Shown here: piece after piece, positions 1 to 11,147 of the stretch
Layout of the letters: the number at the start of each line of letters is the position of its first letter
How positions within the stretch are numbered: position 1 is the first letter of the stretch
Origin: Pseudomonadota bacterium
GTDB taxonomy: Bacteria > Pseudomonadota > Alphaproteobacteria > Sphingomonadales > CAKZYD01
Direction: 5' to 3'
Assembly: GCA_049324415.1 (NCBI GenBank)
Contig: JBMOOS010000030.1
Location: 205,523 to 269,522, forward strand
Length of the DNA: 64,000 nucleotides
Notes under the pieces: generated by a model
Database searches by the model: none
What the model saw: only the letters and a program-made list of their open reading frames with translations
What the model was told of the DNA's origin: nothing
Made by a program: the position numbers and the translations under genes

Positions 1-515
1 ACGCGGTCAAGACCCGCTATGACAGCTGGTCCGACCTCATCGCCTATTGCGACCGTTCCGCCGCCCCGGTGGGGCGCTATCTCCTTGATATCCATGGCGA
101 GGATCCCGGCCTTTACCCCTTCTCGGACGCCCTGTGCAACGCCTTGCAGGTGATCAACCATGTACAGGACTGCGGCGATGACAAGCGCGCCCTCGACCGC
201 ATCTATTTGCCGCGGGACTGGATGGCGGCGGCAGGGGCGCGGGAGGCCGATTTGGCGGGCGCCAGCCTTACCCCCGCCTTGCGCCAGGTCATCGACCACT
301 GCCTTCAACAAACGGACGCGCTGCTTGTCCAAGCGGCGCAGCTTCCCCGCCGGCTTGCAAGCTGGCGCCTGGCCAATGAATCACGGGTCATCCTGCGCAT
401 CGCAGAGCGCCTGGTAAGCCATTTGCGCCGCCGCGACCCCCTTGCCCAGCGGGTGGTGCTGGGAAAGGGAGAGGCCTTATGGTGCGCCCTCAAAGGCGTC
501 CTGGGGCCCCGTTGA
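1..515 (+). CDS. hpnC: squalene synthase HpnC, C-terminal part (5' end lies outside the window)
   Basis: The frame is open from the window edge (codons start at nt 3) and continues into ORF 69..515. Squalene/phytoene-synthase family C-terminal sequence (YCDRSAAPVGRYLL, QDCGDDKRALDRIYLPRDW). It is the first gene in the conserved order hpnC-hpnD-hpnE-shc. Confidence 0.8.
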   Translation, partial: AVKTRYDSWSDLIAYCDRSAAPVGRYLLDIHGEDPGLYPFSDALCNALQVINHVQDCGDDKRALDRIYLPRDWMAAAGAREADLAGASLTPALRQVIDHCLQQTDALLVQAAQLPRRLASWRLANESRVILRIAERLVSHLRRRDPLAQRVVLGKGEALWCALKGVLGPR

Positions 516-524
516 GCCATGCTC

Positions 525-557
525 GGGCCCGGCCTTTTCTCGCTCGCCGCCGGGCCC
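525..557 (+). terminator. GC-rich stem-loop just after the hpnC stop (possible attenuator or terminator; no T-tract)
   Basis: A perfect 9-bp inverted repeat, GGGCCCGGC (525-533) / GCCGGGCCC (549-557), with a 15-nt loop. It lies 10 nt downstream of the stop at 515. There is no following U-run, so its function is uncertain. Confidence 0.25.
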
Positions 558-685
558 CACTGGCGAAGGCGCGATGCCGGCTGGAAGGGCCGGCGCTCTC
601 ATCGCTCCAGCGACCGGCTTGGCCATTAAGGCCCAGGCTCTCGCCATGCCTTGACCTTGCCACGACCATGGGCGACTAAGGCGGC

Positions 686-1561
686 ATGACCGCAGCCAAT
701 CTTTCCCTTGAGATGGCGCCGCGCGACTATGTGCGCGCGGTGGTGGCGCGTTCGGGCACCTCCTTCTTCTGGGCCATGCGTCTGCTGGCGCGCCCCCGCC
801 GCGAGGCCAATTTCGCGGTCTACGCCTTTTGCCGGGAAGTCGACGACATCGCCGACGCGGCCAATCTTGATGCCCAAGCCAAGCGCCAGGGATTGGCTGA
901 ATGGCGCCGGGAAATCGTCCGCCTTTACGCCGGCGAAGCGCGCCATCCGGTCACCCGCGCGCTTGCCGGGCCGGTCGCCCGCTATGGCCTTAAATGCGAG
1001 GATTTCCTCGCCATCATCGAAGGCATGGAAATGGACGCCGATGGTCCCATCCGCGCCCCTTCGCTGGAGGCGCTCCTTTATTATTGCGACCGGGTGGCGT
1101 GCGCCGTCGGGCGCTTGTGCGTGCGCATCTATGGCGAGCCGGGCGAAGCGGGGACAAAGGTGGCCAACCATCTGGGGCTTGCCTTGCAGCTCACCAACAT
1201 CTTGCGCGACATCCCGGACGACGCCCGCATGGGCCGGCTTTACCTTCCCCGGGAAGTGCTGGTCGCCCATGGCGTTCCCACCGACGACGCCAACGCCGCT
1301 GCTTGCCACCCGCAGCTGCCGGCGGCATGCGCCGCCTTGGGGGCGCGAGCCGAAGCCGAATTCGCCGCGGCGAGAAAGGCGCTCGCCCATGCCGACCGGC
1401 AGCCTATGCGCCCCGCCATCGTCATGATGGAAGTCTATCATCGCGCGTTAAGGCGGCTTGCCGCGCGAAACTGGCGCGCTGAAACCCGGCACGGCCCCTT
1501 GACACGCGTGTCCGACACCCTCGCCAAGCTCGCCATCGCCGTGCGGCACGGGGTTTTTTAA
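686..1561 (+). CDS. hpnD: presqualene diphosphate synthase HpnD (squalene/phytoene synthase family)
   Basis: 291-aa ORF with an ATG start. Asp-rich motifs FCREVDDIAD and DIPDDARMGRLYLP. Located between hpnC and hpnE. Confidence 0.9.
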   Translation: MTAANLSLEMAPRDYVRAVVARSGTSFFWAMRLLARPRREANFAVYAFCREVDDIADAANLDAQAKRQGLAEWRREIVRLYAGEARHPVTRALAGPVARYGLKCEDFLAIIEGMEMDADGPIRAPSLEALLYYCDRVACAVGRLCVRIYGEPGEAGTKVANHLGLALQLTNILRDIPDDARMGRLYLPREVLVAHGVPTDDANAAACHPQLPAACAALGARAEAEFAAARKALAHADRQPMRPAIVMMEVYHRALRRLAARNWRAETRHGPLTRVSDTLAKLAIAVRHGVF

Positions 1562-1563
1562 AG

Positions 1564-2871
1564 GTGGCCCGGGTGCATGTCATCGGCGCTGGCCTCTCGG
1601 GCCTCGCCGCCGCCGTGCGGCTCAGCGAAAAGGGGGTGCCGGTCAGCCTTTACGAGCGCTCCCCGCAGGCCGGGGGGCGGGCCCGCTCCTACCATGACAA
1701 GCAGTTGGACATGGTCATCGACAATGGCAATCATCTGCTGCTGTCGGGCAATTGGGCGGCCATGTCATTGTTGGCCAGCATCGACGCCCTCGACAGCCTC
1801 ATCGGCCCCGACGAAGCGGTTTTTCCCTTCATCGACATGATGACGGGCGCCTCCTGGACCATCCGCTTCAACCAAGGCCGCTGGCCGACCTGGGTGTTCG
1901 ATGCCCGCGCCCGGGTGCCGGGAAGCCGCGCCAGCGATTATCTCCCGCTCGCCCTGATGGCCCTGGCGCGCGGCGGGGAGACGGTGGCCGACTATGTGGC
2001 CGCCGGCCACCGCCTCCAGGCCCCCTTGGTGGCGCCCTTGTGCATCGCCGTCCTCAATGCGGAGCCTAAGGTGGCGAGCGCCCGCCTGCTCGCCGCCGTG
2101 TTGCGCGAAACGGTGCTGAAGGGCGCCGACTTCTGTCTGCCGCGCATCGCCCGCGCCGGCCTTTCCGAAAGCTTTGCCCATCCCGCCTTGCGTTATCTTC
2201 ACAAGAAAGGGGTGGACATCCGCCTTGGCCAGCGGATAACCGCCTTTGAGACAAGGGCGGGGGCGCTTGCCGCCTTGCGGCTGGGCGAGGAACGGGTGGC
2301 GCTGGCGGACACCGACATGGCCATCCTCGCCGTCGCCCCCGAGGGGGCGCGGGAATTGCTGCCCGAGTTGCCGGTGCCGGAAGGCGCCGTGCCCATCGTC
2401 AACCTCCATTATCGCCTCCCGACGGCGCCCAGTCCCACTTGGGAAGCGCCCTTTCTTGGCCTTGTCGGCGGTCTTGCCCAGTGGCTTTTCCTGCGTGGGA
2501 GCGTCGCTTCTGTCACCATCTCGGCCGCCGAGGCGGTGGCGGATTGGGAGAGCGAGGCCCTGGCGATGCGGGTGTGGCGGGAAATCGCCCCGGCATTGGA
2601 CTTGCCTGCGGCTGAAATGCCGCCGGCGCGGGTGGTGAAGGAAAAGCGCGCGACCTTCCTGCAATCGCCAGCGAACGAAGCGCGCCGCCCCCATGCCCTG
2701 TCGCCGCTGGCCAACCTCATGCTGGCGGGTGATTGGACGGCGACCGGATTGCCGGCGACCATTGAGGGTTCGGTGCGTTCCGGCTACAAAGCCGCCGAGA
2801 TGTGTTTTGCAATGCTCACGCAGCGCCCCCTGCCGCCGGACTGGGCGAACGGGCGCGGAGGAAATAGCTGA
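1564..2871 (+). CDS. hpnE: hydroxysqualene dehydroxylase HpnE (FAD-dependent amine-oxidase/desaturase fold)
   Basis: 435-aa ORF with a GTG start 2 nt after the hpnD stop. N-terminal dinucleotide-binding fold VIGAGLSGLAAAVRL...GGR. The stop overlaps the shc start (TGATG). Confidence 0.85.
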   Translation: MARVHVIGAGLSGLAAAVRLSEKGVPVSLYERSPQAGGRARSYHDKQLDMVIDNGNHLLLSGNWAAMSLLASIDALDSLIGPDEAVFPFIDMMTGASWTIRFNQGRWPTWVFDARARVPGSRASDYLPLALMALARGGETVADYVAAGHRLQAPLVAPLCIAVLNAEPKVASARLLAAVLRETVLKGADFCLPRIARAGLSESFAHPALRYLHKKGVDIRLGQRITAFETRAGALAALRLGEERVALADTDMAILAVAPEGARELLPELPVPEGAVPIVNLHYRLPTAPSPTWEAPFLGLVGGLAQWLFLRGSVASVTISAAEAVADWESEALAMRVWREIAPALDLPAAEMPPARVVKEKRATFLQSPANEARRPHALSPLANLMLAGDWTATGLPATIEGSVRSGYKAAEMCFAMLTQRPLPPDWANGRGGNS

Positions 2872-4835
2872 TGGCTCACTCGGAAGGGGCGATGGCTGAC
2901 GCCCTTCACGCGGCAAACCGGGAAGAAGATTTGCTGGCGCAGGTGGAGGCGCGCATCGCGGAGGCATCCGCTGGCTTATCCCAGCGCCAGCAGGCCGACG
3001 GCCATTGGGTATTCGAATTGGAGGCCGACGCCACCATCCCGGCCGAATATATCCTCTTGATGCATTATCTTGATGAGCGCGACCCCGCCCTCGAGGCCGA
3101 CCTTGCCCGCTATTTGCGGCGCATCCAGGAAGACCATGGCGGCTGGCCGCTGTTCCATCGGGGGGAGGCCGACCTGTCGGCCAGCGTCAAGGCCTATTAT
3201 GCCTTGAAGCTTGCCGGCGATGATGAGGGCGCGTCCCACATGGCCCGGGCGCGGGAAGCGATTTTGCGCCTGGGCGGCGCGGAGAAGGCCAATGTCTTCA
3301 CCCGCTATGCCCTTGCCCTCTTTGCCCAGGTGCCCTGGCGGGCGGTGCCGGTGATGCCGGTGGAGCTGATGCTGATGCCGGGCTGGTTCCCCGTCCATAT
3401 GGGAAAATTTTCCTACTGGTCGCGCACGGTGATCGCCCCCTTGCTGGTGCTGGCGGCCTTGAAGCCGGCGGCGAGGAACCCCCGCGGCGTTCATGTAAGG
3501 GAGCTTTTCAAGACCCCGCCGGAAGCGGTCAAGACCTGGCATGTGAACCCCACGGGCAGGCTGTGGGGGCGGTTTTTTCTAGGCCTGGACAAGCTTTTAC
3601 GCATGGCCGAGCCCTATTTTCCCAAGGCCAGCCGGCAACAGGCCATCGCCCGCGCCTTCGACTTTTTTCTCGAACGCTTGAACGGCGAGGATGGCCTGGG
3701 CGCGATCTTCCCCGCGATGGTGAATGCAGTGATGGCGATGGAGGCGGCTGGCTATGCCAAAGACCACCCGCAGCTGGTGACCGCCAAGCGGGCCTTGCAA
3801 AAGCTCGTGGTTAAGCGCGCTGGCGAAAGCTATGTCCAGCCTTGCGTCTCGCCGATCTGGGACACCGGCCTTAGCGCCCATGCCATGATGGAGGCCGGCG
3901 GCGCGGCGGGCGAGAACGCGGCCCGCGCCTGCGCCTGGCTCAAGGCCAAGCAGATTTTAAACGTCAAGGGCGACTGGTCGTGGCAGGCGCCCGATGTGCC
4001 GCCGGGCGGCTGGGCCTTCCAATACGCCAACGACTATTACCCCGACGTCGATGACACCGCGGTGGTCGCCATGGCGCTGCACCGCAGCGGCGATGGGCAA
4101 TATACTGCCGCCATCGAGCGGGCCGAGGCGTGGATATTGGGCATGCAGTCATCCAATGGCGGCTGGGGCGCCTTCGACATCGACAACAACGCCGACTTCC
4201 TCAACAACATCCCCTTCGCCGACCATGGCGCGCTCCTCGACCCGCCGACCGCCGACGTTTCGGCGCGCTGCCTGTCTTTCCTAGCCCAGCTAGGCCATGG
4301 CCTGGACCATCCGGCGGTGGCGCGCGGGCTCGCTTATTTGCGCGCCGAGCAGGAAGCCGATGGCAGCTGGTTCGGCCGCTGGGGCACCAACTATGTCTAT
4401 GGCACCTGGTCGGTGCTGTGCGCCTTGAATGCCCTTGGGCTTGCCGCGGACGACCCCATGGTCCGCCGCGCGGTGGACTATCTCCTTGCCTTCCAGCAGC
4501 CGGACGGCGGCTGGGGCGAGGACGGCGCTACCTATTGGCGCGACAAGCGTGGCACGGCGAAGCAATCGACGCCCTCGCAGACCGCCTGGGCCCTGTTGGG
4601 GCTGATGGCGGCGGGCGAGGTCGACCATCCGGCGGTGGCGCGCGGCGTGCGCTACCTCATGCAAGGCAAGGTCGACAAGGGCAAGTGGGCCGAGCCCTGG
4701 TTCACCGCCGTCGGCTTCCCCCGGGTCTTTTACCTGCGCTATCACGGTTACAGCGCTTATTTCCCGCTCTGGGCGCTCGCCCGCTACCGCAATTTGAAGC
4801 GGGGCAATGCCAAGACCGTCGCTTGGGGCATGTAA
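2871..4835 (+). CDS. shc: squalene-hopene cyclase
   Basis: 654-aa ORF with repeated QW motifs (QQADGHW, QSSNGGWG, QEADGSWFGRWG, QQPDGGWGE). It carries the catalytic DxDD motif as DVDDTAVV. Confidence 0.95.
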   Translation: MAHSEGAMADALHAANREEDLLAQVEARIAEASAGLSQRQQADGHWVFELEADATIPAEYILLMHYLDERDPALEADLARYLRRIQEDHGGWPLFHRGEADLSASVKAYYALKLAGDDEGASHMARAREAILRLGGAEKANVFTRYALALFAQVPWRAVPVMPVELMLMPGWFPVHMGKFSYWSRTVIAPLLVLAALKPAARNPRGVHVRELFKTPPEAVKTWHVNPTGRLWGRFFLGLDKLLRMAEPYFPKASRQQAIARAFDFFLERLNGEDGLGAIFPAMVNAVMAMEAAGYAKDHPQLVTAKRALQKLVVKRAGESYVQPCVSPIWDTGLSAHAMMEAGGAAGENAARACAWLKAKQILNVKGDWSWQAPDVPPGGWAFQYANDYYPDVDDTAVVAMALHRSGDGQYTAAIERAEAWILGMQSSNGGWGAFDIDNNADFLNNIPFADHGALLDPPTADVSARCLSFLAQLGHGLDHPAVARGLAYLRAEQEADGSWFGRWGTNYVYGTWSVLCALNALGLAADDPMVRRAVDYLLAFQQPDGGWGEDGATYWRDKRGTAKQSTPSQTAWALLGLMAAGEVDHPAVARGVRYLMQGKVDKGKWAEPWFTAVGFPRVFYLRYHGYSAYFPLWALARYRNLKRGNAKTVAWGM

Positions 4836-4896
4836 TGCAGGTTTTTTTTCTGGCTCAGGCGCCTTTCCTGCCAGGGCATGGGGAAAGGCAGGACGC

Positions 4897-5565
4897 ATGA
4901 CCGGGCGCATCGGCATCGTCACCGGCATTGCCCAGGAGCACGCCCTCATCAAGGCCTGTAGCGAGGCGCTCGAGGAGGCCGCGCGTCCGCTTTTGCGCTG
5001 CGCCGGCATGGATGGCGAACGCGCGGCGCAGATGGCCGCCGACTTGATGGCGGAAGGGGTTGACGGGCTCTTGAGCTTCGGCGTCGCGGGGGGGCTCGAC
5101 CCTACCCTCAAGCCCGGCGACCTGGTGCTGCCCGAAGTGCTGTTAAGCCAGGGCGCGCCGCGCGCCTTGGCGGACAGACGCTGGCTCGACGCCGCGTTCG
5201 GGCTTGCCTCTCCCGCCAGCATCGGCCCCCTGGTGACGAGCGCCAGAGTGGTGACGACGGCAAGGGAAAAAGCCACCCTTTACCGCGCCAGCCACGCCGT
5301 GGCGGTGGATATGGAAAGCCACCCAATCGCCAGCTTCGCTAATTCCGCCGGCGTTCCCTTCATCGCCTTGCGCGTCATCATCGACCCCGCGCACCAGGAC
5401 CTGCCGGCGGCAGCGCTTGCCGGCAACGCGCCGCGGACCTTGGGCGCGCTTTTGCGCCGCCCACAACACTTGCCGGGCCTTATCCGCCTCGCCCGCAATA
5501 TGGCCAAGGCGAAGCGGACGCTAGGCCGCGTCGGACGTGACGGCTTGCCCCGCTTCGGCCTGTGA
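4897..5565 (+). CDS. hpnG: hopanoid-associated phosphorylase/nucleosidase HpnG
   Basis: ATG at 4897 is preceded by GGAAAGGCAGGA. PNP/UDP-phosphorylase-family sequence (MTGRIGIVTGIAQE...AVAVDMESH) in the conserved position after shc. The longer ORF from 4807 would overlap shc. Confidence 0.8.
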   Translation: MTGRIGIVTGIAQEHALIKACSEALEEAARPLLRCAGMDGERAAQMAADLMAEGVDGLLSFGVAGGLDPTLKPGDLVLPEVLLSQGAPRALADRRWLDAAFGLASPASIGPLVTSARVVTTAREKATLYRASHAVAVDMESHPIASFANSAGVPFIALRVIIDPAHQDLPAAALAGNAPRTLGALLRRPQHLPGLIRLARNMAKAKRTLGRVGRDGLPRFGL

Positions 5566-6675
5566 CGGATTGCTGGCGATGTCATCGAGCGCCTTTTTGA
5601 CATGGTCCTCGAAGTGATATTGCGCCGGGCGCTGCCGGGCGAGGGGGATTTCCGGGGCCATCGGCCCTTCGGTGCGAACCCCCTTGCGGGCGACCTTGAA
5701 AGCCTCGAGGGGGCGGTAGACCGCGTCGAGAACCGCCGTGGGCTCATAGCCGCAATGGGCCATGCAATTGGCGCATTTTTCGTAGTTTCCGGTGCCGTAG
5801 CTGTCCCAATCAGTGGTCTCCATCAGCTCCCTGAACGAGCCGACATAGCCTTCGCCGATAAGATAGCAGGGCTTTTGCCAGCCGAAGACATTGCGCGTCG
5901 GCATGCCCCAGGGGGTGCATTGGTAGCTGCGATTGCCGGCGAGGAAATCAAGGTAAAGGGCGGAATGGTTGAGCGTCCACTTCTTGCCCTTTCCTAAGCG
6001 GAAGATATCGCGGAACAATTCCTTGGTCTTGCGCCGGGTGAGGAAATGCGCCTGGTCGGGGGCGCGCTCATAGGCATAGCCCGGCGAAATGGTGACGCCG
6101 ACCCCGATTGCCTTCGCGAAATCGAGGAAGGCGGCGACGCGCTCCGGCGCCGCGCCATCGAAAATGGTGGCGTTGACATTGACCCTAAAGCCCTTGTCGT
6201 GGGCGATTTTGATGGCGCGCACCGCGCGGTCGAAGACGCCTTCCTGGCACACCGCCTTGTCATGCTCCTCGCGCAAGCCGTCGAGATGGACGGAAAAGAA
6301 GAGATAGGGCGAGGGCTGGAAGAGGTGCAGCTTTTTTTCCAAAAGCAGCGCGTTGGTGCACAGCGACACGAATTTCCTGCGGGCGATGATGCCGGCGACG
6401 ATGGCGCCGATATCCTTGTGCAACAGCGGCTCGCCCCCGGGAATGGCGACCATCGGCGCGCCGCATTCATCGACCGCCGCCAGGCAATCCGCCACCGACA
6501 AGCGCTGGTTGAGAATGGGCGCGGGGTAATCGATCTTGCCGCAGCCGGCGCAGGAGAGGTTGCAGCGGAACAGGGGCTCGAGCATCAGGACCAGGGGATA
6601 GCGCTTGTTGCCCTTCAGCCTTTGCTTGAAGACATAGGCGCCGACACGGATCTGCTGGATTAAGGGAACACCCAC
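5521..6675 (-). CDS. hpnH: adenosylhopane synthase HpnH (radical SAM)
   Basis: Radical-SAM cluster motif CNLSCAGCGKI and an HpnH-like N-terminus (VPLIQQIRVGAYVFKQRLKGNKRYPLVLMLEPLFRCN). The start is set at GTG 6675, 7 nt after GAAGAAGGA; TTG 6705 is the alternative. The 3' end overlaps hpnG convergently by 45 nt. Confidence 0.9.
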   Translation of the reverse strand: MGVPLIQQIRVGAYVFKQRLKGNKRYPLVLMLEPLFRCNLSCAGCGKIDYPAPILNQRLSVADCLAAVDECGAPMVAIPGGEPLLHKDIGAIVAGIIARRKFVSLCTNALLLEKKLHLFQPSPYLFFSVHLDGLREEHDKAVCQEGVFDRAVRAIKIAHDKGFRVNVNATIFDGAAPERVAAFLDFAKAIGVGVTISPGYAYERAPDQAHFLTRRKTKELFRDIFRLGKGKKWTLNHSALYLDFLAGNRSYQCTPWGMPTRNVFGWQKPCYLIGEGYVGSFRELMETTDWDSYGTGNYEKCANCMAHCGYEPTAVLDAVYRPLEAFKVARKGVRTEGPMAPEIPLARQRPAQYHFEDHVKKALDDIASNPSQAEAGQAVTSDAA

Positions 6676-6708
6676 CGGTTCAATCCTTCTTCGTTCAAAT
6701 CTCAAGCA

Positions 6709-7683
6709 TCAACCAGCACGCGCCGCGTCGCGCAATTGCGGCGGCAGGTTGAAACGGACGTTCTCGACAATGCCGTCGAGGGTTTCGACGGCGTTAAAGC
6801 CAAAGCCGCGCAGCCGGTCAATCAATTCCTCGACCAGCGCCTCGGGGGCGGAAGCGCCAGCGGTGATGCCGACGCTGCTCGCCCCGACAAGCCAGGCGGG
6901 GTCAAGAAGCGCGGCATCGTCCAGCAAATAGGACGGGCGCTGCATTTCCGCGCCGATCTCGCGCAAACGGTTGGAATTGGAGGAATTCTTGGCGCCGATC
7001 ACCAGGATGACATCGGCTATTTCCGCCAGCTTGCGCACCGCCGACTGGCGGTTTTGCGTAGCATAGCAGATGTCCTTGGTATCTGGGCCGGCGATGGCGG
7101 GAAAGCGCTTTTTCAAGGCCTCGATGATGTCGCGGGTGTCATCGACCGAAAGCGTCGTTTGCGTCACATAGGCAAGCTTGTCGGCATCAGTGACGCGCAG
7201 GGCGGCGACATCGTCGAGCGAGCCGACAAGATGGACGGCGCCATCGATCTGGCCGAGGGTGCCAATGACCTCCGGGTGCCCGGCATGGCCGATGAGGATG
7301 ACTTCATAGCCCTGGGCCGCGTAACGCTGGCCTTCCTTATGGACCTTGGCGACCAGTGGACAGGTGGCGTCGAGCGCGGCAAGTCCCCGCGTTGTGGCCG
7401 CGCTGACGACGCGGCGGGCCACCCCATGGGCGGAGAAAATGGCGACCGCGCCAGCCGGGATTTCGTCCACTTCCTCGACGAAAATCGCCCCCTTGCGGCG
7501 CAAATCGTCGACCACCCTTTTGTTGTGGACGATTTCATGGCGCACATAGACCGGCGCGCCATATTTATCGAGCGCCCGCTCGACGATGTCGATGGCGCGC
7601 ACGACGCCGGCGCAAAACCCCCGGGGCTGGGCGAGGAGAATGCGTTTCTCGGCGGGCATGCCGTTGAAATGCCGCTCGCTCAT
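6709..7683 (-). CDS. ispH: 4-hydroxy-3-methylbut-2-enyl diphosphate reductase (IspH/LytB)
   Basis: LytB family sequence ([28 protein letters not shown]). ATG at 7683 sits behind GGGAGGAG. The ORF extension to 7809 lacks support. Confidence 0.9.
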   Translation of the reverse strand: MSERHFNGMPAEKRILLAQPRGFCAGVVRAIDIVERALDKYGAPVYVRHEIVHNKRVVDDLRRKGAIFVEEVDEIPAGAVAIFSAHGVARRVVSAATTRGLAALDATCPLVAKVHKEGQRYAAQGYEVILIGHAGHPEVIGTLGQIDGAVHLVGSLDDVAALRVTDADKLAYVTQTTLSVDDTRDIIEALKKRFPAIAGPDTKDICYATQNRQSAVRKLAEIADVILVIGAKNSSNSNRLREIGAEMQRPSYLLDDAALLDPAWLVGASSVGITAGASAPEALVEELIDRLRGFGFNAVETLDGIVENVRFNLPPQLRDAARAG

Positions 7684-7789
7684 GGGCTCCTCCCTTGCCG
7701 TATTTGGCGCGACGCAGACAAACCGCAGTGCGCAGCCGCCCAAACACCCCATTTTCTCACAGATGGGCGAGATAACCCGTTGACGCAAC

Positions 7790-10417
7790 TCAACTCTTTG
7801 TGCGGGCACGCTGCTCCACCCAGGCGATCATGCCGGGCAGAACCACCAGGGTGCACACAAGCGTGAAAAATATGGCGATAAGAAGGAGTTCGCCCATGCT
7901 TGCCGTGCCCCGATGCGCGGAGACCGCCAGGGTGCCGAAAGAGGCCAGCGTCGTCAACGCCGAAAGAAGGACGGCGCGCGGCGTCGAGGTGGCGAGGAGA
8001 TCCGGGCCTTCCCCTTCATGGGCGCGGGCCACAAGGTGGATGCCGCTGTCCACCCCAAGGCCGATGAGCAGGGGCAGGACGATCACATTGGCGAAGTTGA
8101 ACGGCAGGGGAAGCAGCACGGAAGCGGCGATGGTCAAGGCTGCGGCGAGGGCGATGGGAAGAAGAATAAGTCCAACCTGGCGCACATCGCGCAGCGTCAA
8201 GTAAAGAAAGCCGGCGACGAGGAAGGCGGCGAGCGCGGTCGCCTCGAGCATGGCGGCCCGCACCACCTTGCCAGCGCCGACGATCTGCACCGGGCTGCCG
8301 GTGACCACCGGCGCGACGGCGGCGATCGTGTCGACGAAGCGTTCAAGGTCTCGTTCATCGCGCGGCGCGCCTGCGGGAAAAACCTCGATCCGATGGCTGC
8401 CATTCGCCGCGACATAGCGTTCGGCGATATCTTGGGGGACATCTTCAAGCGTCACCGGCGCCGCCGCCATGCTGTCGGCCAGCCCCGCCATCGCCTTGGG
8501 CCAATAGGCGAAGATGGCGGCGCGCAATTGGCCAAGCAGCGCTGGGGTGAGGGGGTTCTTGCTTAGGAAATGGCCAAGGGCGTGCGCCAGGCGCTCACCC
8601 GGCGCGTCGTTTCCGGCATTGACGGCATATTCGGCGATGCTGTCGGCGAGGCGGCGCAAGGCCTCGGCATCGGCGGGATTGGCTTGCGGCTCATAGGCCG
8701 TGGCGCCTTGCAAGACCGGTGTCAGGAGGAGGGCCAGCGTATCGATCCGGGCGAGCTTTTCCTCCTGGCCAGTGGGCACGAAGCTGGCCAGCCGCAGGAT
8801 GCGGTGAACCGCCGGCATGGCCTTGAGCTGGGCGGCCAGGGCATCGGCCTCCGCCGCCGAACCGGCAAGCGCCTGCACCGCGTAGGGCGAGGCATCGCGA
8901 TCCTCGACCAGCCGGTAATAGGCCTTGACCGAAGGGGCGGTAGGGTCCTTGAGGCGGATGGGATCGGCGTCGAAACGGGCGTTGGTGGCGATAAAGGCGG
9001 CGGCAAGGCCAATGACCAGCGCCGTCATGGTGATGCCCCGGCCATGGCGCTCGATGGCGCGGGCAAGGCCCTGATGGGCGGGCTCGGCGCGCCGGCTTGT
9101 CTTGCCTGGAAGGACGCGCAGGAAAGCCGGCAGCAGGGTGAGGGAGGCGATCAGGGAAATGAAGATGCCGGTGCCCGAGATGATCCCCAGTTGCGCCAGG
9201 CCCACATAGGCGGTGGGGACGAAGGCGAAGAAGGCAAGGGCGGTGGTGGGCGCGCACAGGGCAAGGGCGGCGCCAGTCCCCGAGGCGGTGCGGAAAAGCG
9301 CGTCAGGCGCGGATTTGCCGCTCGTGCGCTCCTCGCTATAGCGCAAGGCGAAATGGACGCCAAAGTCGATGCCAAGGCCAATGAAAAGGACCGCGAAGGC
9401 GACCGAGATGATGTTGAGATAGCCGATCGCCATGGTGGCGAAAGCGGCGGTCCAGACAAGGCCGATGAGGAGGGTCAAGAGAGTCGCCGCCACCAGCTTG
9501 AGGGAGCGCAGGCCAAGGCCCAGGATGAGCGCCACCAAAAGGGTCGATAAAATGCCGGCAAGGGCGGCGCCGTCGCTGACGCTCTTCAGTTCCTCGGCAT
9601 TGAGGGCGATCTTGCCGGTGAAATCGATTTCGACATGCTGCGCCATGCCTTGCAGGGCTTGCCCGGCGGCGGTCCGCGCCGCGTCGAGCGCCGCCTTGGC
9701 GGGGTGAAGGCCGGCGGCATCCAGCACCGGCTGGGCGATGATGAAGCGTTCGGCTGCGCCATCGCCGGCGTTTTCAGGGTCGAACATCGCCGTCCAGGAA
9801 AGGGGGCGGGAAGTGCCCTCGTTGAAGGCGGTGAAAACCGGAAGGAGGGCTTCGAAAGCGACGTCAAGCGTTCCTTTATTGGCGTTTCCATCGCCTTCCC
9901 GCAGTTTGTCCACGCCTTCGCGCAGCAGGTCGAAAAAGCGGGCAAGGCTGGGCTCCTCCGCCATCGCGGCAAGAACCGGCTGGGCGCTGGCCAAGCGGTC
10001 GGTGAGGCGTTCCAGTTCTTCCTCGCTGAGGAACAACAGCCCGTTCCGGGCGAAAAACGCCCCCGCCCCCGGGGTGTAGACGGACTTGAAATGGAGAGGA
10101 TCGGCGCGTAAGGCCTTGGCCAGGCGATCGCGCGCGTCATCGGCCGCTTCGGGGACGGGCGCCCGGATGACGATGACCAGGCTGTCGGCGATTTGCGGGA
10201 AATCCTCGTTGAAAGCGCGATAGACCTGGCGAAAGGGAAGCCTGGGATCGATCATCTCGTCGGTATCGGTATGCACGCTGAGGGTGCGTGCGACATAGAC
10301 GGTTAATCCTGCGCTCAGGATGAAAACGGCAATAAGCAAGGGCCAGGCATGGCGGTGACAGGCAAGGGCAAGGCGCCCCATGAGACGGGCAAAAGGGCTT
10401 AAGGGGGGCATGGGCAT
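7790..10417 (-). CDS. hpnN: hopanoid transporter HpnN (RND/MMPL superfamily)
   Basis: About 875 aa with two blocks of transmembrane helices and two large soluble loops, typical of RND/MMPL proteins. It sits between ispH and hpnM as in other hopanoid clusters. The start is taken at ATG 10417 (10411 also possible). The ORF extension to 10561 would overlap hpnM. Confidence 0.8.
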   Translation of the reverse strand: MPMPPLSPFARLMGRLALACHRHAWPLLIAVFILSAGLTVYVARTLSVHTDTDEMIDPRLPFRQVYRAFNEDFPQIADSLVIVIRAPVPEAADDARDRLAKALRADPLHFKSVYTPGAGAFFARNGLLFLSEEELERLTDRLASAQPVLAAMAEEPSLARFFDLLREGVDKLREGDGNANKGTLDVAFEALLPVFTAFNEGTSRPLSWTAMFDPENAGDGAAERFIIAQPVLDAAGLHPAKAALDAARTAAGQALQGMAQHVEIDFTGKIALNAEELKSVSDGAALAGILSTLLVALILGLGLRSLKLVAATLLTLLIGLVWTAAFATMAIGYLNIISVAFAVLFIGLGIDFGVHFALRYSEERTSGKSAPDALFRTASGTGAALALCAPTTALAFFAFVPTAYVGLAQLGIISGTGIFISLIASLTLLPAFLRVLPGKTSRRAEPAHQGLARAIERHGRGITMTALVIGLAAAFIATNARFDADPIRLKDPTAPSVKAYYRLVEDRDASPYAVQALAGSAAEADALAAQLKAMPAVHRILRLASFVPTGQEEKLARIDTLALLLTPVLQGATAYEPQANPADAEALRRLADSIAEYAVNAGNDAPGERLAHALGHFLSKNPLTPALLGQLRAAIFAYWPKAMAGLADSMAAAPVTLEDVPQDIAERYVAANGSHRIEVFPAGAPRDERDLERFVDTIAAVAPVVTGSPVQIVGAGKVVRAAMLEATALAAFLVAGFLYLTLRDVRQVGLILLPIALAAALTIAASVLLPLPFNFANVIVLPLLIGLGVDSGIHLVARAHEGEGPDLLATSTPRAVLLSALTTLASFGTLAVSAHRGTASMGELLLIAIFFTLVCTLVVLPGMIAWVEQRARTKS

Positions 10418-10441
10418 GGCGATCGAGGAGGCGTTATCCAC

Positions 10442-11077
10442 ATGAGGCGGCGATTTTTCCAGCGCTTGAGCGGCATCATCATGGCGTTTTTGGCATTTGC
10501 CGGCCCGCCTGTCCATGCCACGGCGGCAAATAGCCCCGAAATGGTGGTGGGGCGTTTCCACGAGGCGCTACTTGCGGCCATGAAAAACGCTGACGCCTGG
10601 TCCTATGAGCAGCGGCGGGACAGCCTTGCCCCCATCGTCGCCCAAAGCTTTGATTTTGCCTTCATGGTGCGTTTTGCTTCCGGAGTCGCCTGGAAGGCGT
10701 TCGACGAGGCCCAGCAGGCGCGCGTCAGCGCCGCCTTCGCCGATTTTACCCTCGCCAACTATGCCGCCCGCTTTCACGGCTATTCGGGGCAGCGCTTCGA
10801 AACCCTCGATACCGTGCCGCAGCGCGGCGGACGGGTGCTGGTGCGCAGCCAATTGGTGAAGGCCGACGGCGAAGCGGTGCGCCTCGATTATCTGATGAAC
10901 CCGTCAGGCGATGGCTGGGCGATCATGGACATTTTTCTCGATGGCAAATTCTCCGAGCTTGCCCGCCGCCGCGCCGAGTTCGCTCCCCTTTTACGCGATC
11001 AAGGCGCCGAGGGCCTCATCGCCGCCCTTGAAGACCGTGCCCAGCGTCTGGCCGCCGGCGACGACAGCGCGGGTTAG
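10442..11077 (+). CDS. hpnM: HpnM, periplasmic MlaC/Ttg2D (toluene-tolerance) family lipid-binding protein
   Basis: Sec signal peptide MRRRFFQRLSGIIMAFLAFAGPPVHA. MlaC/Ttg2D-like sequence. Divergent from hpnN, with only about 24 bp between the two starts. Confidence 0.7.
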   Translation: MRRRFFQRLSGIIMAFLAFAGPPVHATAANSPEMVVGRFHEALLAAMKNADAWSYEQRRDSLAPIVAQSFDFAFMVRFASGVAWKAFDEAQQARVSAAFADFTLANYAARFHGYSGQRFETLDTVPQRGGRVLVRSQLVKADGEAVRLDYLMNPSGDGWAIMDIFLDGKFSELARRRAEFAPLLRDQGAEGLIAALEDRAQRLAAGDDSAG

Positions 11078-11147
11078 CGCTTTTTTTGCATTGCGCGCGC
11101 GCCTGGGCTATGAGCCGCGCTTGCAAAAAGCCTGGAGCTGACCACCG